In this document: piece by piece, positions 12,935 through 26,210 of the stretch
Layout: each line of letters opens with the position of its first letter
How positions within the stretch are numbered: position 1 is the stretch's first letter
Assembly (NCBI RefSeq): GCF_963921235.1
Contig: NC_086108.1
Coordinates: forward strand, 41,232,001 to 41,296,000
Direction: 5' to 3'
DNA from: Mobula hypostoma
Taxonomy: Eukaryota
DNA length: 64,000 nt
Made by a program: the position numbers and the translations under genes
The notes under the pieces: generated by a model
The model's input: only the letters and a program-made list of their open reading frames with translations
Databases searched by the model: none
Told to the model about the DNA's origin: nothing

Positions 12935-13567
12935 TCAATCATAAGGAAAGCACAACAGTGTCTTCACTTTCTTAGAAGGTTAAGGAGGTTCAGCTGATCA
13001 TCGAACTCTCTAACAAACTTTTACAGATGTGCTGTTGAAAGTATCCTGAGAGTTTTGGTTTAGAAATTCTAATGCGCAGGAATGTAAGAAGCTGCACGTC
13101 GTAGTGGACTCTGTCCAACAGATCACAGGCACATCCCCCTCCACCCATCATAATACCTACAGGAGATGCTGCCTCAAGAAGGCAATGTCTATCATCAAAG
13201 ATCCCCACCATTCAGCCACTGTCATGCTTTTGTGGCTACTATCAGGTAGGAAGTACAGAAGCCTGATGTTTCATCCCACCAGGTTCAAGAACAATCATTT
13301 GGTCATGAACCATTTAGCAAAATCCTCATCGCCACTATTTAATAACACTGGGAACACTTCGACCACTTTGCACTGAAAAGGACATTTTTTGTTCTAATTA
13401 TGTTTTCTTGTAAAAAAAATACATAACTTATGTTTAAATTTTGATTTTCTTGTGAATGCTGCTTAATATGCTGTTTGCCTGTGATGCTGCTGCAAGATCT
13501 TTTCTGTACCTGTGCATAATGAACATGTGCTGGTGGATATGACGATAAACTCAGCTTTGACCTTGAG
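12935..13567 (+). mobile_element. Rex1/Babar-type 3' fragment
   Basis: ORF 13104..13376 (RRCCLKKAMSIIKDPHH...LLSGRKYRSL), followed by a 3'UTR and degraded tail. Confidence 0.8.
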
Positions 13568-13961
13568 CAATTGTTATTTTCAGAAGAGGCAAAGCAACAA
13601 TAAAATACCAGTCCAATGCATGTATGAATGCCGAGTTAACATATCAAAAATTAGTAACTATATCAAGTATTTGGCATATTGTGTGAGAGCAAAATAAAAT
13701 GTCTGCGGTAGATAATATCTTATGGTATCTCAATTTCCATGTAGAAAGTTACCTTATCAAGCACCGCTTTTGGAATGCTCACTTTATAGTGCAATAAATG
13801 TAGAAGTGTTTCTTTGCTCAGTAGTGTCATTTCCCAAAATGCTTTAGAAGCTTGAGGGTTTGAGGCTACTTCAGACGATTATTGCAAAGTGAAAAAAAAC
13901 TGAACTTCAGGATCCAGGAATAACAACGCAAAATACTAAGTTGCATGATAAATGCAACTTT

Positions 13962-14099
13962 ATTGGCCTACCGAAGGGTGTCGGCCCGAAACATCGACTG
14001 TTTACTCTTTTCCATAGATGCTGCTTGGCCTGCTAAGTTCCTTCAGCATTTCGTGCATGTTGCTTGCATTTCCAGCATCTGCAGATTTTCTCCTGTTTG
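13962..14099 (+). mobile_element. Solo Penelope pLTR with degenerate hammerhead
   Basis: 'gaagggtgtcggcccgaaacatcgactg...ccagcatctgcagattttctc', flanked by TGATAAATG on both sides (13946 and 14100). Confidence 0.8.
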
Positions 14100-16389
14100 T
14101 GATAAATGTCAATACATTTTTGAAAGGTATGACCATTATTTGACTGTCCACAAGAGCCATTGGCCTTTGGAAGCTGACATCCTCCACCTTTTCACAACCA
14201 ATCACAGAAGGGAGCCATTCCTTGAAGTTCTGAATGCTGAGCTTTATCTCCAGTGTGGTGTCTGCATTTGCAGAGGTGGAGTGGTGACCATTCACCTTCC
14301 CACTTCCCTCACCCTCACCACTCATCCCTTCTGCCCCAGTCAGGCATGTGAAATATACAGAAGAAAAGAGATTTTGCTTCTGACGGAAACAGTTCTTTCT
14401 AGTGCAATGTAGTGGGAGAGATGGAATATCAGAGGAACCGTGAAGTGAATGAGAAAGCTGGAGCAGTGAACCGTGGAGTTTTGCCCCAGGCCTGTGATTA
14501 ACCCATATGCCAAGTTTTCAGTTTCACACAGGTAGTCATAGCCTAATCATGGCATGCAGAAGCCTTGCTTTAATGGAGTAAAAGAATGTAAAATAAATCT
14601 ATAATATGTAAATAGAAAATTTTGGTCTTTAAACACATTATTGTTCTCAATCCCAGATTTATTCTGAATTATGTTCTTATTGCAACACTCACTGTCCGAA
14701 CTATTATTCCATTGCATAGTGTTTATTACTGTTTACATGGAAAATTGCTTAGGGGTAAGTATTTTCAGTTTTCTAAAATAAGGGTTCACTTTGATACCTG
14801 CATTCAAAAGGTGAAAGACATCAGGACTGTTTAATCATATATGCTCTCATCAAAAATGATTACATTATACAGTCCATTGGAACCAAGACTGAGATTTGGA
14901 GGCAGTTAATTAAATAAATTACTTGTCTAATATCCATTATGTTTATGTTCAGAAGAAAAGGATCAATATATGCATGGAATGATGACCAGCTTGAATACTT
15001 TGTAATTCCAATTAACCCCAAGAATTCTTTGGACTATGTGGCTTTATCGGTAACTGATATTGGTTGATTATCAAATGGGTTATGCACTTCTGCTCTATAA
15101 ATCTGACATAACCACACGTGATAGCCCAGCTCTATTTATTTATCAACTGGTGGATGAGTTACATTTTTGGCAGATATTATGGATTAGAGTGCTTCTGTTC
15201 TCCAGGAAGTGCTGTTCAATCATCACACCTGCCTGCTGGCTGCTTCGCTCAACAAACTGTTTCCGCACTGAGCTACAACATCAAAAAAACTTCCAAGTCG
15301 TGGGGCAGCTTTGCAGAATGTGCAGAGTACAGTCTTTCATGCACACCATCTATAGATATAATTTTATTCTGGTGTGCCTTTGATATGTATGCTGCAAAAC
15401 TATTTAGTTGAAGGTCCGTTCATTGTTTTACCAGCTGCTCTTTTATAGATTATTTCACCAGCTACCACTCCAGTTGTAGCTTGTCAGAAATGCTGGTCAT
15501 GCTACTCACTATTTGAGATGTACCATTCCAGTGACTGCCATTTTGATGTGGTCTATCTGATACGAATTGTGAAAAAACAGGGTTATATTTTGAACCATAC
15601 AGGGAAGGAAAACAAGTTGAGCAGTGAAACTTGAGGTGGTGGTTCAGGTCTGTGATTACTTTCATTCACCAAGTTTCTAACCTGACAATGCAAATTTTGT
15701 AGAACAAAAGGTTTAGAGTTAATGCACTCTGGCCTGTTTACTTGTGACATGTTTGATGTTACCTTCAACTATATTACTCAACACAGCAACTTTTCTACAC
15801 AGAGCTTTATAAGACAGTTTTACAACCTGTATTAGAAACCACAAATCTACACTTTCATGCAGACACTTGAAGCTAAACAACTTGAGATGCTGGATCAGGT
15901 TGTTCAGTTAGGATGAAACAGGAAGAACATTTGGGAATTTTGGAAGTCATAGGTTGAACACCCATGTTAGAATAATTTTATCTCATCACTCTCCAGAATA
16001 TGAGTATAGCTGGTAAGGCCAGTGTTTTACTTATACACATTCTTAACTTTCCTGAAACCGAGTAGCTTGTTGGGTAATTTAAGAAGTTATTCACACATAA
16101 GATCTGAAGCCACGTGTGGACTGGAGAGGATAAAATGATAGGACTCCTCCCCTGAATGACATTAGGGAACCCAATTTTATGATCCTGTCATCATTACTAT
16201 GCATTTAAGTTTTGCAACTGTCATAACAGCGCTTCGAACTCAGACTCTGATCTGGTAATTCAGGCCTTTTGTTTGCTTCTCCAGTAATTTAACCAGTTCA
16301 TCACCAGCACAGCCATGTTCAAACTATCATGCATTGGAGGAGCAAAAATAGCTTGGTGAGCAGCAGGGGTTGATGAGATTACATAGGTC

Positions 16390-16530
16390 TCTACTATCAG
16401 AAAGGAGGTACAGGAGCCTGAAGACATACACTCAATGTTTTAGGAACATCTTCTTCCCCTCCAGCATCAGATTTCTGAACAGACAATGGACCCACCCATG
16501 AAAACTACCTCAGTATTTTTGCTCGCTTTG
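16390..16530 (+). mobile_element. Rex1/Babar-type 3' fragment
   Basis: 'aggaggtacaggagcctgaagacatacactcaatgttttaggaac' encodes RRYRSLKTYTQCFRN. Confidence 0.7.
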
Positions 16531-16532
16531 AC

Positions 16533-16885
16533 GACACTCGGTGGCCACTTTACTAGGTACAGGAGTGGAACCCAGTGTGGTCTTCAGCTGCTGTAGCCAT
16601 TCCACACAAAGGTTCGACTTACTGTGCTTTCAGAGATGTTCTGCTATAATGTGCGGTTATTTGAGTTACTGCCACCTTCCTGTTAGGCTAAACCTGCCTG
16701 ACTATTCTCTTCTGACCTCTCTCATTAACAAGGCTTTTTCGCCCACAGAACTGCTGGTCACTGGACGTTCTTTTGGTTTTTTGCACTATTTTCTGCAAAC
16801 TCTACAGAAAGCTGTGCGTGAAAATCCCAGCAGACTAGCAGTTTCTGAGATATCAAACCACCCTGTATGGCATCAACAGTCATTG
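16533..16885 (-). mobile_element. Internally deleted Tc1-like element of a second family
   Basis: TIR-like 'cactcggtggccactttactaggtac'. The minus strand encodes the Tc1 N-terminal HTH remnant ISETASLLGFSRT. Confidence 0.7.
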
Positions 16886-16944
16886 CTGACGATAGATAGA
16901 CTGGATGGATGTTCAACCAATGAAACTTATACACCTCAGATGGA

Positions 16945-17310
16945 TCTGGAAGTGCATAAGATGATGAGAGGCATTGATCGTGTGGATATTGATCGTGGGC
17001 TTTTTCCCAGGGCTGAAATGGCTAACACGAGAGAGCACAGTTTTAAGGTGCTTGGAAGTAGGTACAGAGGAGATGTCAGGGGTAAGTCTTTTACGCAGAG
17101 AGTGGTGAGTGTGTGGAATGGGCTGCCAGCGATGGTGATGGAGTTGAATATGACAGGGTCTTTTAAGAGACTCTTGGATAGATACATGGAGCTTAGAAAA
17201 ATAGAGGGCTATGGGTAATCCTAGGTAATTTCTAAAGTAACGACATGTTCAGCACAGCTTTGTGGGCCGAAGGGCCTGTATTGTGCTGTAGGTTTTCTAT
17301 GTTTCTATAT
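16945..17310 (+). mobile_element. CR1 LINE 3' end, second subfamily
   Basis: KMMRGIDRV...HSFKVLGSRYRGDVRGKSFTQRVVSVWNGLP, then a 3'UTR stem-loop and (TTTCTATG)n tail. Confidence 0.9.
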
Positions 17311-17679
17311 GAACACTGGAAACAGAGTCCTGATCCTTAAGCTTATGGATTATAAAATGAGAGAAGCCTGCCAAGAGGGTGTTGAAATAGTGAGATCCAG
17401 AGTCTTATCCTCACATTAAATTACTTTCATTCTCCCAGGTACTTCCATGGATTTCGGAAGGCAGCTGCAATCACTGGCAACATTGCCATCCACACAAATG
17501 GTGGACAGCTTGAAGCAATGGGTCTGGAGGTTCTGAACTACATAATAAAGCATTGGTTAGACCACATTGGAGAGTTGTGTACATCATAGAAAGAGTAGGA
17601 TTGTGCTAGAGGAGGTGAAATGGTGATTCACAAGTTTGTTGTCTAGGTTGGGGCTTTGCAAGTGTAAGGAGACACAAAC

Positions 17680-17990
17680 AGTAAAGCTGATACCTCACAG
17701 AGCCAGAGTTCAATCTGACTTCAGGTGCTGCCTGTGTGGCGCATAAGCATTTTCCATGTGACCATGTGGTTTTCTTCAGGGTGCTCCAGTTTCCCAATTT
17801 CCAAAGCCATGGACATTAGTAGGTTAATTAGCCACTATAAATTGGCTGCAGTGTGTAAGTGAGTGGTGAAATCTGCAGCTATTTGATGGGAATATGGGGA
17901 GAATTAAAATGAATAAGAGTGAGGTAGGACTAGTGTAAATGGATATCCGACTGCCAGCACTGAAGGGCTTATTTCTGTACTGCATCTCCG
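17680..17990 (+). mobile_element. V-SINE (HE1-like)
   Basis: Box B-like GAGTTCAATC, V-domain 'gtgaccatgtggttttcttcagggtgctccagtttccc...ccaaag', and a CR1-like tail 'gaagggcttatttctgtactgcatctc'. Confidence 0.7.
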
Positions 17991-18144
17991 TGAGAGGCTG
18001 GATAGGACGGGCTTCCTTTCTCTGGTACATAAGGGGTGACTTAATAGAGGTAGACAAAATTATGAGGGGTATAAAGTAGATAGGGTAGATGGTATTAATC
18101 TTTTACCCATAGTGGGAAAAAGTATCTAAGACAAGAGGGGACAT

Positions 18145-18775
18145 TAAGCAGTTGTAAATCAAGGTAACTGGACTTGCTGTGTTGTCTAGAAGACATTTCA
18201 CCACTCATCTGAAAGGCTTCTTCAGTTCTGATCCATGGTGGCTAGTTTTCCAGTTATTAAACTCTGTGAAATGTTTAAAGGTATAGCAATTACATAAGGG
18301 TTGTTAAGAGTCGCAGAGGTAGTAAGAGGGTCATTGCGTGAATAGAGGTGCAAATTGTTGTGGAGCTGCTGGGTTAGAGATGTTCGGATCGCTTTGTAAG
18401 TAGCTGATAGACAGTGTCATACCCAACCCCCTCTGTTTAGGGATGGGTTTTCCAGTTTGACAAAGATGGCTTTCCCTGTCCAAAATGTGCACATTGTTAT
18501 CATCAATGGAGTGTCCCTTGTCCTTTAGATGTAGATATACAGTCAAATCTTGACCTGAGGTGTTAGACCTTCTATGTTGTGCCATCCATTTGTGAAGTGG
18601 TTGTTTTGTCTTACCATCTGTGCAGTTCTCATTGCTTTGGATAGCATATACAATATTGTTCTGTTTATGTCTGGGTGTAGGATCATTGGGGTGGACAAGT
18701 TTCTCTCAGAGTGTGTTTGAGGATTTGAAAAACCCAGGGATTTGGTGTTTGTTGATCAAAGAAGGGCTAACACCT
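18145..18775 (-). mobile_element. Penelope-like element, second family: GIY-YIG remnant plus pLTR
   Basis: ORF 18331..18585 'MAQHRRSNTSGQDLTVYLHLKDKGHSIDDNNVHILDRE' is a Penelope endonuclease C-terminal segment. A hammerhead motif lies downstream. Confidence 0.85.
18187..18230 (-). ncRNA. Minimal type I hammerhead ribozyme motif
   Basis: Minus strand: AGAA-CUGAAGA-A-GCCUUUC AGAU GAGUGGU-GAAA-UG-UC^-UUCU. The core is intact, stem I has 4 bp and stem II can form. Confidence 0.75.
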
Positions 18776-18779
18776 GACG

Positions 18780-19150
18780 TTATTATGAAAGGAATAGATA
18801 AGGTAGGGACAGGAAAGTTGTTTCCACTGGTAGGTGAGACTAGAACAAGGAGACATAGCCTCAAGATTCGGGGGAGTAGATCTCGGACAGAGATGAGGAG
18901 GAACTGCTTTTCCCAGAGAGTGGTGAATCTGTGGAATACTCTGCCCAATGAAACAGTGGAGGCTACCTCTGTAAATATATTTAAGATAAGGGTGGATAGA
19001 TTTTTGCATAGTAGGGGAATTAAGAGTTATGGAGAAAAGGCAGGTAGGTGGAGTTGAGTCCATGGCCAGATCAGCCATGATCTTATTGAATGGCGGAGCA
19101 GGCTCGATGGGCCTGATGGTCCACTCCTGCTCCTATTTCTTATTTCTTAT
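18780..19150 (+). mobile_element. CR1 LINE 3' end, third subfamily
   Basis: ORF 18620..19057 C-terminus (RTRRHSLKIRGSRSRTEMRRNCFSQRVVNLWNTLP) and tail TTTCTTAT repeats. Confidence 0.9.
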
Positions 19151-20083
19151 GAACAGGGACTCTCAGAACTTCTAAGAAGAATCTAGGCAAGCACATGAAT
19201 CACCAGCACATAAATGTCTACATACTAAATACAGGTAACTGGCACTTGTACAGCTATGTTCAACGAATGGCATGGATATGATGGCTTGAAGAGCCTATTT
19301 CTCTGTTCTACAGTGAATGCCTGTAAGAAAATAAATCTCAAGATAGTACATGGTGACATGTATGTACTTTGGTAACAAATTTATTTGAACTTGCTTTGAA
19401 CCTTGAACTATTTCAGTGCAGTATGACTCAATGACTCTTTGACATTTAAAATGTGACCAATGCATTCTAGTCTGGCTGGTGTCGATCATGTACCAACATA
19501 TTTCAGTTGTTTTTGTGTGAGGTCATTTGCAGTATTGATCCTGGCTCACTGTCATTTTTCATATACATAGCATTGTTAAATGGAGACCAGTAAATAGGGT
19601 TCCATATTCATCTTCCCCTGTGGAAAAGGGAAAAATATTTGGTAACTGAAGTCAGTCTTCTGGGAGGCATTGAAAACATTCAATGAAACAGTGAAGTGAG
19701 TGGGGACAAACAAACTACATGAGAGTGTCTAAGGTAGATTGGAAAGACTAAGTGGCAAAAAGGAAAGATTGCACAAGTAATGAAAGAAAATTTGGGTCTG
19801 GAGGAAATGTAATGGGAATATCAGAATCATAACCTGAAATTGTTAAACAGAGTGCTGAGTCCGATAGCCAATAGTAATGATATATATGGACAAAAAATGC
19901 CTTGCTATATCAAAAAACTCACATTAGAATGGTGTAGAAGGTAAAGACAGCAAGGTCAATGTGGGTCCAAGACAGAGAATTAAGGTGACAGATGATCGAA
20001 GGGTCAGAATATAGAAGCATATGAATCTGTTTTCCAGATGTTGGGTCTTGGAAGATCCTTAGGAGACTGTTATGTTTTAGGTA

Positions 20084-20690
20084 CTACAGCGGTTAATTGG
20101 ACCTTCAGTTAACCTGCACAGCCGCTTATTTGGGACAACTGTTAAAGAACAGAAAACAATCAAAAAATAGCCAGGATTCCCTTAATTTACTTAAAACACT
20201 AAGTTGCTTAATTGGGATAGGAGACTGGTACTGGACAGTTTCTAACTAATGTTAGTCATGTGCACTTGTCTGGATATTAGATATGACACTGTGCTTAGTT
20301 TTTAAATAGCAGTAGTTGTTTGTGCTTGTGTTCAAAAAGCAGTGATTCTTATAACTGAGAAGTTGGAGACAAATTAATAGGAAAGACAACTTGTAACTGT
20401 TTTGCTCACTGCAGTTTCAAGCATTAAGATTTAGCAATGCCAGAAACGGCTGGGAGTGAAAGTGAAATGATTTCACTACTTCAACAAGTTAGGACCTACA
20501 CAAAGTTTTAAGATATCAACAATCATCTTGAATGTTACAATGAAAATGAAGATTTGGAGATGCAATCTTCAAAAGCATTGTATGAAAGTATTATCTGCAC
20601 TTGGTGTCCATGCTGATTTTGCTAATTTACAGAATCAAAAGAACACGAAGGCATACACTCAATGAATTCCTCTGCTGAAAACTATTAGGA
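20084..20690 (+). mobile_element. Tigger/pogo-like DNA transposon remnant
   Basis: Starts TACAG with repeated (TT)AATTGG(GAC) subterminal motifs. Coding remnant 'NCFAHCSF' resembles the pogo C-terminal NCFxxxGF. Confidence 0.55.
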
Positions 20691-20699
20691 ACCTTCGTC

Positions 20700-21270
20700 C
20701 TCTTGTTTTAGACTCTTTTGCCCTGGGAAAAAGCCTGTGAACATCCAGTTTACTTATGACCTGTATAATTTTCTATGCCTCGATAAGGTGACCCAAGGGG
20801 AAAATTCCTATTCTATTTCCTTTTTATTTATATCTCAAGCCCTCCTGTTCCAGAAAGTTCCGTATGAGTGTTTTCTATAATTTTTTCCAGTTTAATGACA
20901 TCCTTCCTATGGCTTGGTGACCGAAACTGTGCACAATACTCCAGGTGTAGTCCCACCAGCGACTTGTATTTTTACAACTCATGTGCTCAATGCCCTGAGT
21001 GATGAAGGCAAGCAAGCCAAATGCCTTCTTCACTACCCTGTCTACCTGTGTCACCACTTCTATGAAACTATGTACCTGTAGCTCCAGTTCTTCCCATTCT
21101 ACAACACTCACCAGAGCACTGCCATTTAAGGTTTAAATTCTGCCCTAGTTTAACTGACCAAGATCCAACACTTCACATTTGTCAGTTAAACTACATCTAT
21201 CATCCTTTTGTCTATTTCCCCAGCTTACCTAGATTCTGCTGCAATTTTTGATAATCTTCATCACTGATTC
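20700..21270 (-). mobile_element. Degraded CR1 ORF2 fragment
   Basis: ORF 20875..21111 (QVDRVVKKAFGLLAFITQGIE). Confidence 0.8.
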
Positions 21271-21289
21271 ACGTATTTTAAGCTACAGA

Positions 21290-22345
21290 TATAAAGCAAG
21301 GAGGCATGGGATCTAAGGGGACATTGCTTTGTGGATCCAGAACTGGCTTGCTCACAGAAGGCAAAGAGTGGTTGTAGACGGGTCATATTCTGCATAGAGG
21401 TCGGTCACTAGTGGTGTGCCTCAGGGGTCTGTTCTGGAACCCCTCCTCTTTGTTATTTTTATAAATGACCTGGATGAGGAAGTGGGGCAATGGGTTAGTG
21501 TGGAGGGCTGTCAGAGAATACAGCGGGACATTGATAGGATGCAAAACTGGGCTGAGAAGTGACAGATGGAGTTGAACCCAGATAAGTGTGAAGTGGTTTA
21601 TTTTGATAGGTCAAATATGATGGCAGAATATAGTATTAATGGCAGTGTGGAGGATCAGAGGGATCTTGGGGATCGAGTCCATAGGACACTCAAAGCTGCT
21701 GTGCAGGTTGACTCTGTGGTTAAGAAGGCATACGGTGTATTGGCCTTCATCAATCGTGGGATTGAGTTTAGGAGCCGAGAGGTAATGTTGCAGCTATATA
21801 GGACCCTGGTCAGACACCACTTCGAGTACTGTGCTCAGTTCTGGTCGCCTCACTACAGGAAGGATGTGGAAACCATAGAAAAGGTGCAGAAGAGATTTAC
21901 AAGGATGTTACCTGGATTGGGGAGCATACTTTATGAGAATAGGTTGAGTGAACTCGGCCTTTTCTCCTTGGAGCGACGGAGGATGAGAGGTGACCTGATC
22001 AAGGTGTATAAGATGATGAGAGACATTGATCGTGTGGATAGTCACAGGCTTTTTTCCAGGGCTGAAACGGCTAGCATGAGAGGGCACAGTTTTAAGATGC
22101 TTGGAAGTAGGTACAGAGGTGATGTCAGGGGTAGGTTTTTTATGCAGAGCGTGTGGAACGGGCTACCGGCGACAGTGGTGGAGTCGGATACGATACGGTC
22201 TTTCAAGAGACTCCTGGCTAGGTACATGGAGCTTAGAAAAGTAGTGGGCTATGGGTAACCCTAGGTAATTTCAAAGGTAAGGACAAGTTCGGCACAGCTT
22301 TGTGGGCTGAAGGGCCTGTATTGTGCTGTAGGCTTTCTATGTTGC
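21290..22345 (+). mobile_element. 5'-truncated CR1 LINE, second subfamily, with RT C-terminus
   Basis: [20 protein letters not shown] at ~21410-21480, ORF 21566..22258 (NPDKCEV, LYRTLVR.HFEYCAQFWSPHY), and tail. Confidence 0.92.
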
Positions 22346-22714
22346 TATAACAATATTGCAAATGTTGATTAACCAAATGCTTAAAAGAAACAGCAGCTCA
22401 AATATGAGCTTAAAGAGGAAAAAGCATCTTTCACAGGTATTGTAATTGAAGGTCTGCATTCACTTGCATTGGAGAACCATAGAATAACATTACATTGAAA
22501 GGATGTCATTTGTTTCATAATGTCTATGTCAGCTCTTTGAAAGAGATAACCAAAGTTGCATGATCCAATCACTACAAGTATTTATTCATTCATTTTTGAA
22601 AGTTACTGTTGAATTTGCTTGCACCCTCCTATCCAAACACGGGCTTGAGTCCACAGATGTAAATTTGTGTTAGCATGATGTTCAGAATTCTTAGACACCC
22701 CATAACACCTGTCA

Positions 22715-23125
22715 TAGGAAAGTAGCATCCATCATTAGAGATTCCAGCCAGCTAGGTCATGGTCTCTTCTTGCTGTTGCCATCAGGTAGAAGGCAGAAGA
22801 GCCTCAGGAACTCGAGCAACTTCAAGAAGAGTTACTACCCTTCAACCATCAGGCTCTTGAATAGAAGGAGCTAACTAAACTCACTTGCCCCATCATTGAA
22901 ACGTCCTTAGAAGCAATGATCTCACTTTAAGGAGTCTTTATCTTATTATCTCATGGTCTTGTTATTTATTTATATTTGCATTTGCACAATTTGTTACCTT
23001 CTTCACTCTAGCTGAGTTTTCACTGATCCTGTTAAATTTGCTGAGTATGCCCAAAAGAAAATGAATCTCAGGGGTGTATATCATGATGTATATGTACATT
23101 GATAATCAATTTTACTTTGAACACC
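22715..23125 (+). mobile_element. Rex1/Babar-type 3' end
   Basis: ASIIRDSS..GHGLFLLLPSGRR remnant; 3'UTR ending 'tttactttgaac'. Confidence 0.75.
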
Positions 23126-23969
23126 TGTGTTTATAAAGTACCTTTTACGAGTAAAACTGGGCAAGATTTCTTATCACAGATATTAGCAGGTAAATTTGAC
23201 ACTGATCTAACACATTGGGGTTTAGTTGTGCTCACTTTTGACAAATGATTCCAAGTCAAATTGTCAATGACCATAAGTAGAGCACTGCATCATGTACTGT
23301 GAAGCACTGAGCCCAGCAACAGGGCCCAGACTTGCTGGGATTCTCCACTGTTACACCGGGGAATTCATTCCCAGACCCTGTGCCAAATGGAAGTTCAAGC
23401 CAGTTTTCCATGACCCCATCAATTACAATGTGATTGCAGGTTTATAAGTTAGGAGGCAATGAGCAACATGAACATCCTTAAAAATATTTTGCTTTTCTTT
23501 GATTGTCATATTTTAATATTTTGAATTTTAATAGTTCATTTCAATTTCAGATCAGAATCAGTTTTAATATCACCAGCATATCAAAGCACTTCATCATTAT
23601 AGATCTTAGTGCTACTGGATGATAATCATTAAGGCAAGTCACCCTACTCTTCCTGGGCACTTGTTCAGTATCTTTTCAATGATTCTGTTTCCACTCCACC
23701 TCCGCTGCTCTCTCCTCCTCATCAACTTCCTTACCTCTGACCCTTTGCCAGCAATTCGAGGCCGTTCAGGGACAACGCTGCACTATCCAACACCCAACTA
23801 TATGCAACAAGACTCCAAGAAAGGATCAGCAAGAGAGACGTTCCATCCTAGCCTGTGTAATTGTAGGTGTGGCTGTCACTGCAAGCCTGCTCCAAACTAG
23901 AAACCAAATTTGAAACCCACAGCTCCCAGCAGTCGACTAATTGAAATGCACAACAGACTAGAACTAAAT

Positions 23970-24165
23970 GCATACAGGGATTTGTACATTTTCATTGTGG
24001 CCATATGGGTTTCTTCCGGGTACTCAAGTTTCCACCCAAGTTCCAAAGTTGTACAGGTTAGTAGGTCAATTGGTCACATAGGTGTAATTGGGTGCATGGG
24101 ATCATTGGGCCAGAAGAGCCTGTTACCATGCTCTATCTCTGAATATATAAATAAAAATAAAATAA
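23970..24165 (+). mobile_element. V-SINE (HE1-like), 5'-truncated
   Basis: V-domain 'gggtttcttccgggtactcaagtttccaccc..ccaaag', tail 'gggccagaagagcctgttaccatgctctatctct', and an A-rich end. Confidence 0.7.
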
Positions 24166-25049
24166 TTTTCAAAGAGCCATAGGGCTGGAGGATGTTGGAG
24201 AGGTTAGGAGAGATTTGAAAGTATTGATGGGAATTTTAAAGTTATGGCACTACCAGAGAGGGGTGCAGCATTGAGCATAGGGCCAATAAGTGCACATGAT
24301 CTAACCAATGCAACAGATTCTTGGATGAGGTCAAATTTGCAGACTGTGGGGGAAAATGGGAGACCGGCAATGAAATCGCCTTAGGAAAAGGATACCTAGA
24401 AGTTTTGTCTCCTTCTCCCCAGCATCCACTGGCTCTGGTCCACAGGAAATCTGCACTTCTAACCCCCTGAAGCCTAATCTTGCCAACACGCACTTTGTCA
24501 AAGCAACCTGGCTAAGAATTTTTGTTTGTTTTACTAAAGGCAAATATAAGCACCTAATTTTGCCTCAGCGCCTGCAGAATTGTCTTATTCATTAGTCATT
24601 CATCCGCTGCTTTTTAAAAAGTAGGAACCTAATGCCCAAGTTGTTGAGTGCTGTTCTCATGGCTTTTCACAAAAGGTTATCAGCTAATATCGAGGCGGTG
24701 GTCAGATTGCAGTGAAAGAGGGAGCAGAGGCTGGAGTAAGTGGTGTGGAGGAAGAGGGAATGGATCACAAGTAATGAAGCCTGTAATTTTTGAATGGACA
24801 ATGAATCCCTGAACATTGTCTCACTTTTTATTCCCCTCTCTTTTAGCGGGATTTGTTTAATTTGAGTTTTTAAATATATACCTATTGCAATTTACAGTTT
24901 TATTATTATGTACTGCTGCCGCAAAACAATATATTTCACAATATATGCCAGTGATCTTCATTCTGATTCTAATTCTGAGAGGGTACTGGCTGACAGGTCA
25001 GCAGGGAAGGAAAAGAAGATGGCTAGAGGAAATAGACACTTCAATGCTT

Positions 25050-26210
25050 CAAGTCAAGAAACTTTATCTGGAATGAAAGGAAGAAGAGAGATAGTCAGTG
25101 CAAAGAAGCGAAGGGAAAGGTGGAGCAAGGGCTATCTAGACTTGAGGATTAGAGTGAAGGTGGGGTGAAAGGCAGGGGGAGGAAGGAAGTGTAGATATAT
25201 CGACAGAGGCTGGGCGGGGATAGGAGACGGCAGTGAAGGGCTGAAGATGATGGAATCTGATAGAAAAGGAAGCCAGAGCATGGAATCAGATAAGGAAGGT
25301 GAGGTGGGAAGAAGGGGACAATGAGGAGAGAATCCAATATAATGGGCAGATGGGGTGGTTGAGGAGGAGAAAGAAGCAGTTTGCTTAGGGGCTGGATGGG
25401 GTAGGTGTAGCAGGATCGGTGGGGGGGAAGGGAAGAGAAAGAAAAGGGACAAAGGGAAAGCAGGCTTTCTGAAGCTGGAAAATTCAATGTTCATGTGATG
25501 GGGTTGTAAGCTACTCTTGAGGTGCTGCTCCTCTAATTTGCGCTTAGCCTCTAACTGGCAGTGAAGGAGGCTGAGGACAGACAGGTTGGCGTGGGAATGG
25601 GAAGGGGGATTAAAATGACTGGCAACCAGGAGCTCCAGCTGGCTACAGCAGAGGGAACACAACATTTTTTTTTGTAAAGTGCTCACCTATTCTGTGTTTG
25701 GTGTCATCGAGAGTACCGAGTACAGTAAACAATGTTGGAGGTGTGCACGTGAGTCTCTGTCTCACCTGGAAGGGCTGCGGATGGTCTTGGACGGTGGTGT
25801 AGGAACAGGTGCTACACCTCCTAGTGTTGAGTGGGAAAATGCCAGGAGAGGGGTGAGCAAACCAAGAAGTCACAGAGATTGAACCCCGCAAAAAGCAGAA
25901 AGGGGTGAGGAGAGGCATATGTGGGTCACAGTGGGATCCCATTAATGGGGAAGGTCTAGTCAGGGCATCAGTTGATCTGTGGAGTATAGATTTTATCAGA
26001 TAGAGATTGTAAGACTGGGGCAAGTTGGGGATTTGTCTTGGAAGGAGGTGGAAAGCCTATGGGACAACTGAGCAGTAAATAAATTGGGATCAATACAAAG
26101 TACTGTGAGCCAGAACTGGAATGGGTCCTGCTTAAAGAGGTTTGTTTTAAGCCATGCAGAGCAGACACATGGGGGTCTTAGAGAGCCTCTATATCTGGAT
26201 GGCGTATAGG
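25050..26210 (-). mobile_element. Degraded Penelope-like element (GIY-YIG region and purine/pyrimidine-biased 3' region)
   Basis: ORF 25132..25686 (VASHFN..SHSH...KRKLEEQHL) and ORF 25643..26023 (RRCSTCSY...FQVRQRLTC). Confidence 0.8.

Larger units (their letters stand above)
17480..19310 (+). mobile_element. Old CR1 fragment split by a V-SINE, a Penelope element and a younger CR1
   Basis: CR1 ORF2 C-terminal pieces at ~17480-17665, ~17990-18140 and ~19155-19310, in colinear order. Confidence 0.6.

Noticed and set aside
16541..17218. 225-aa ORF as a possible host or chimeric gene
   Set aside because: It is a chance read-through of an antisense Tc1 remnant into a CR1 3' fragment, with a non-ATG start.
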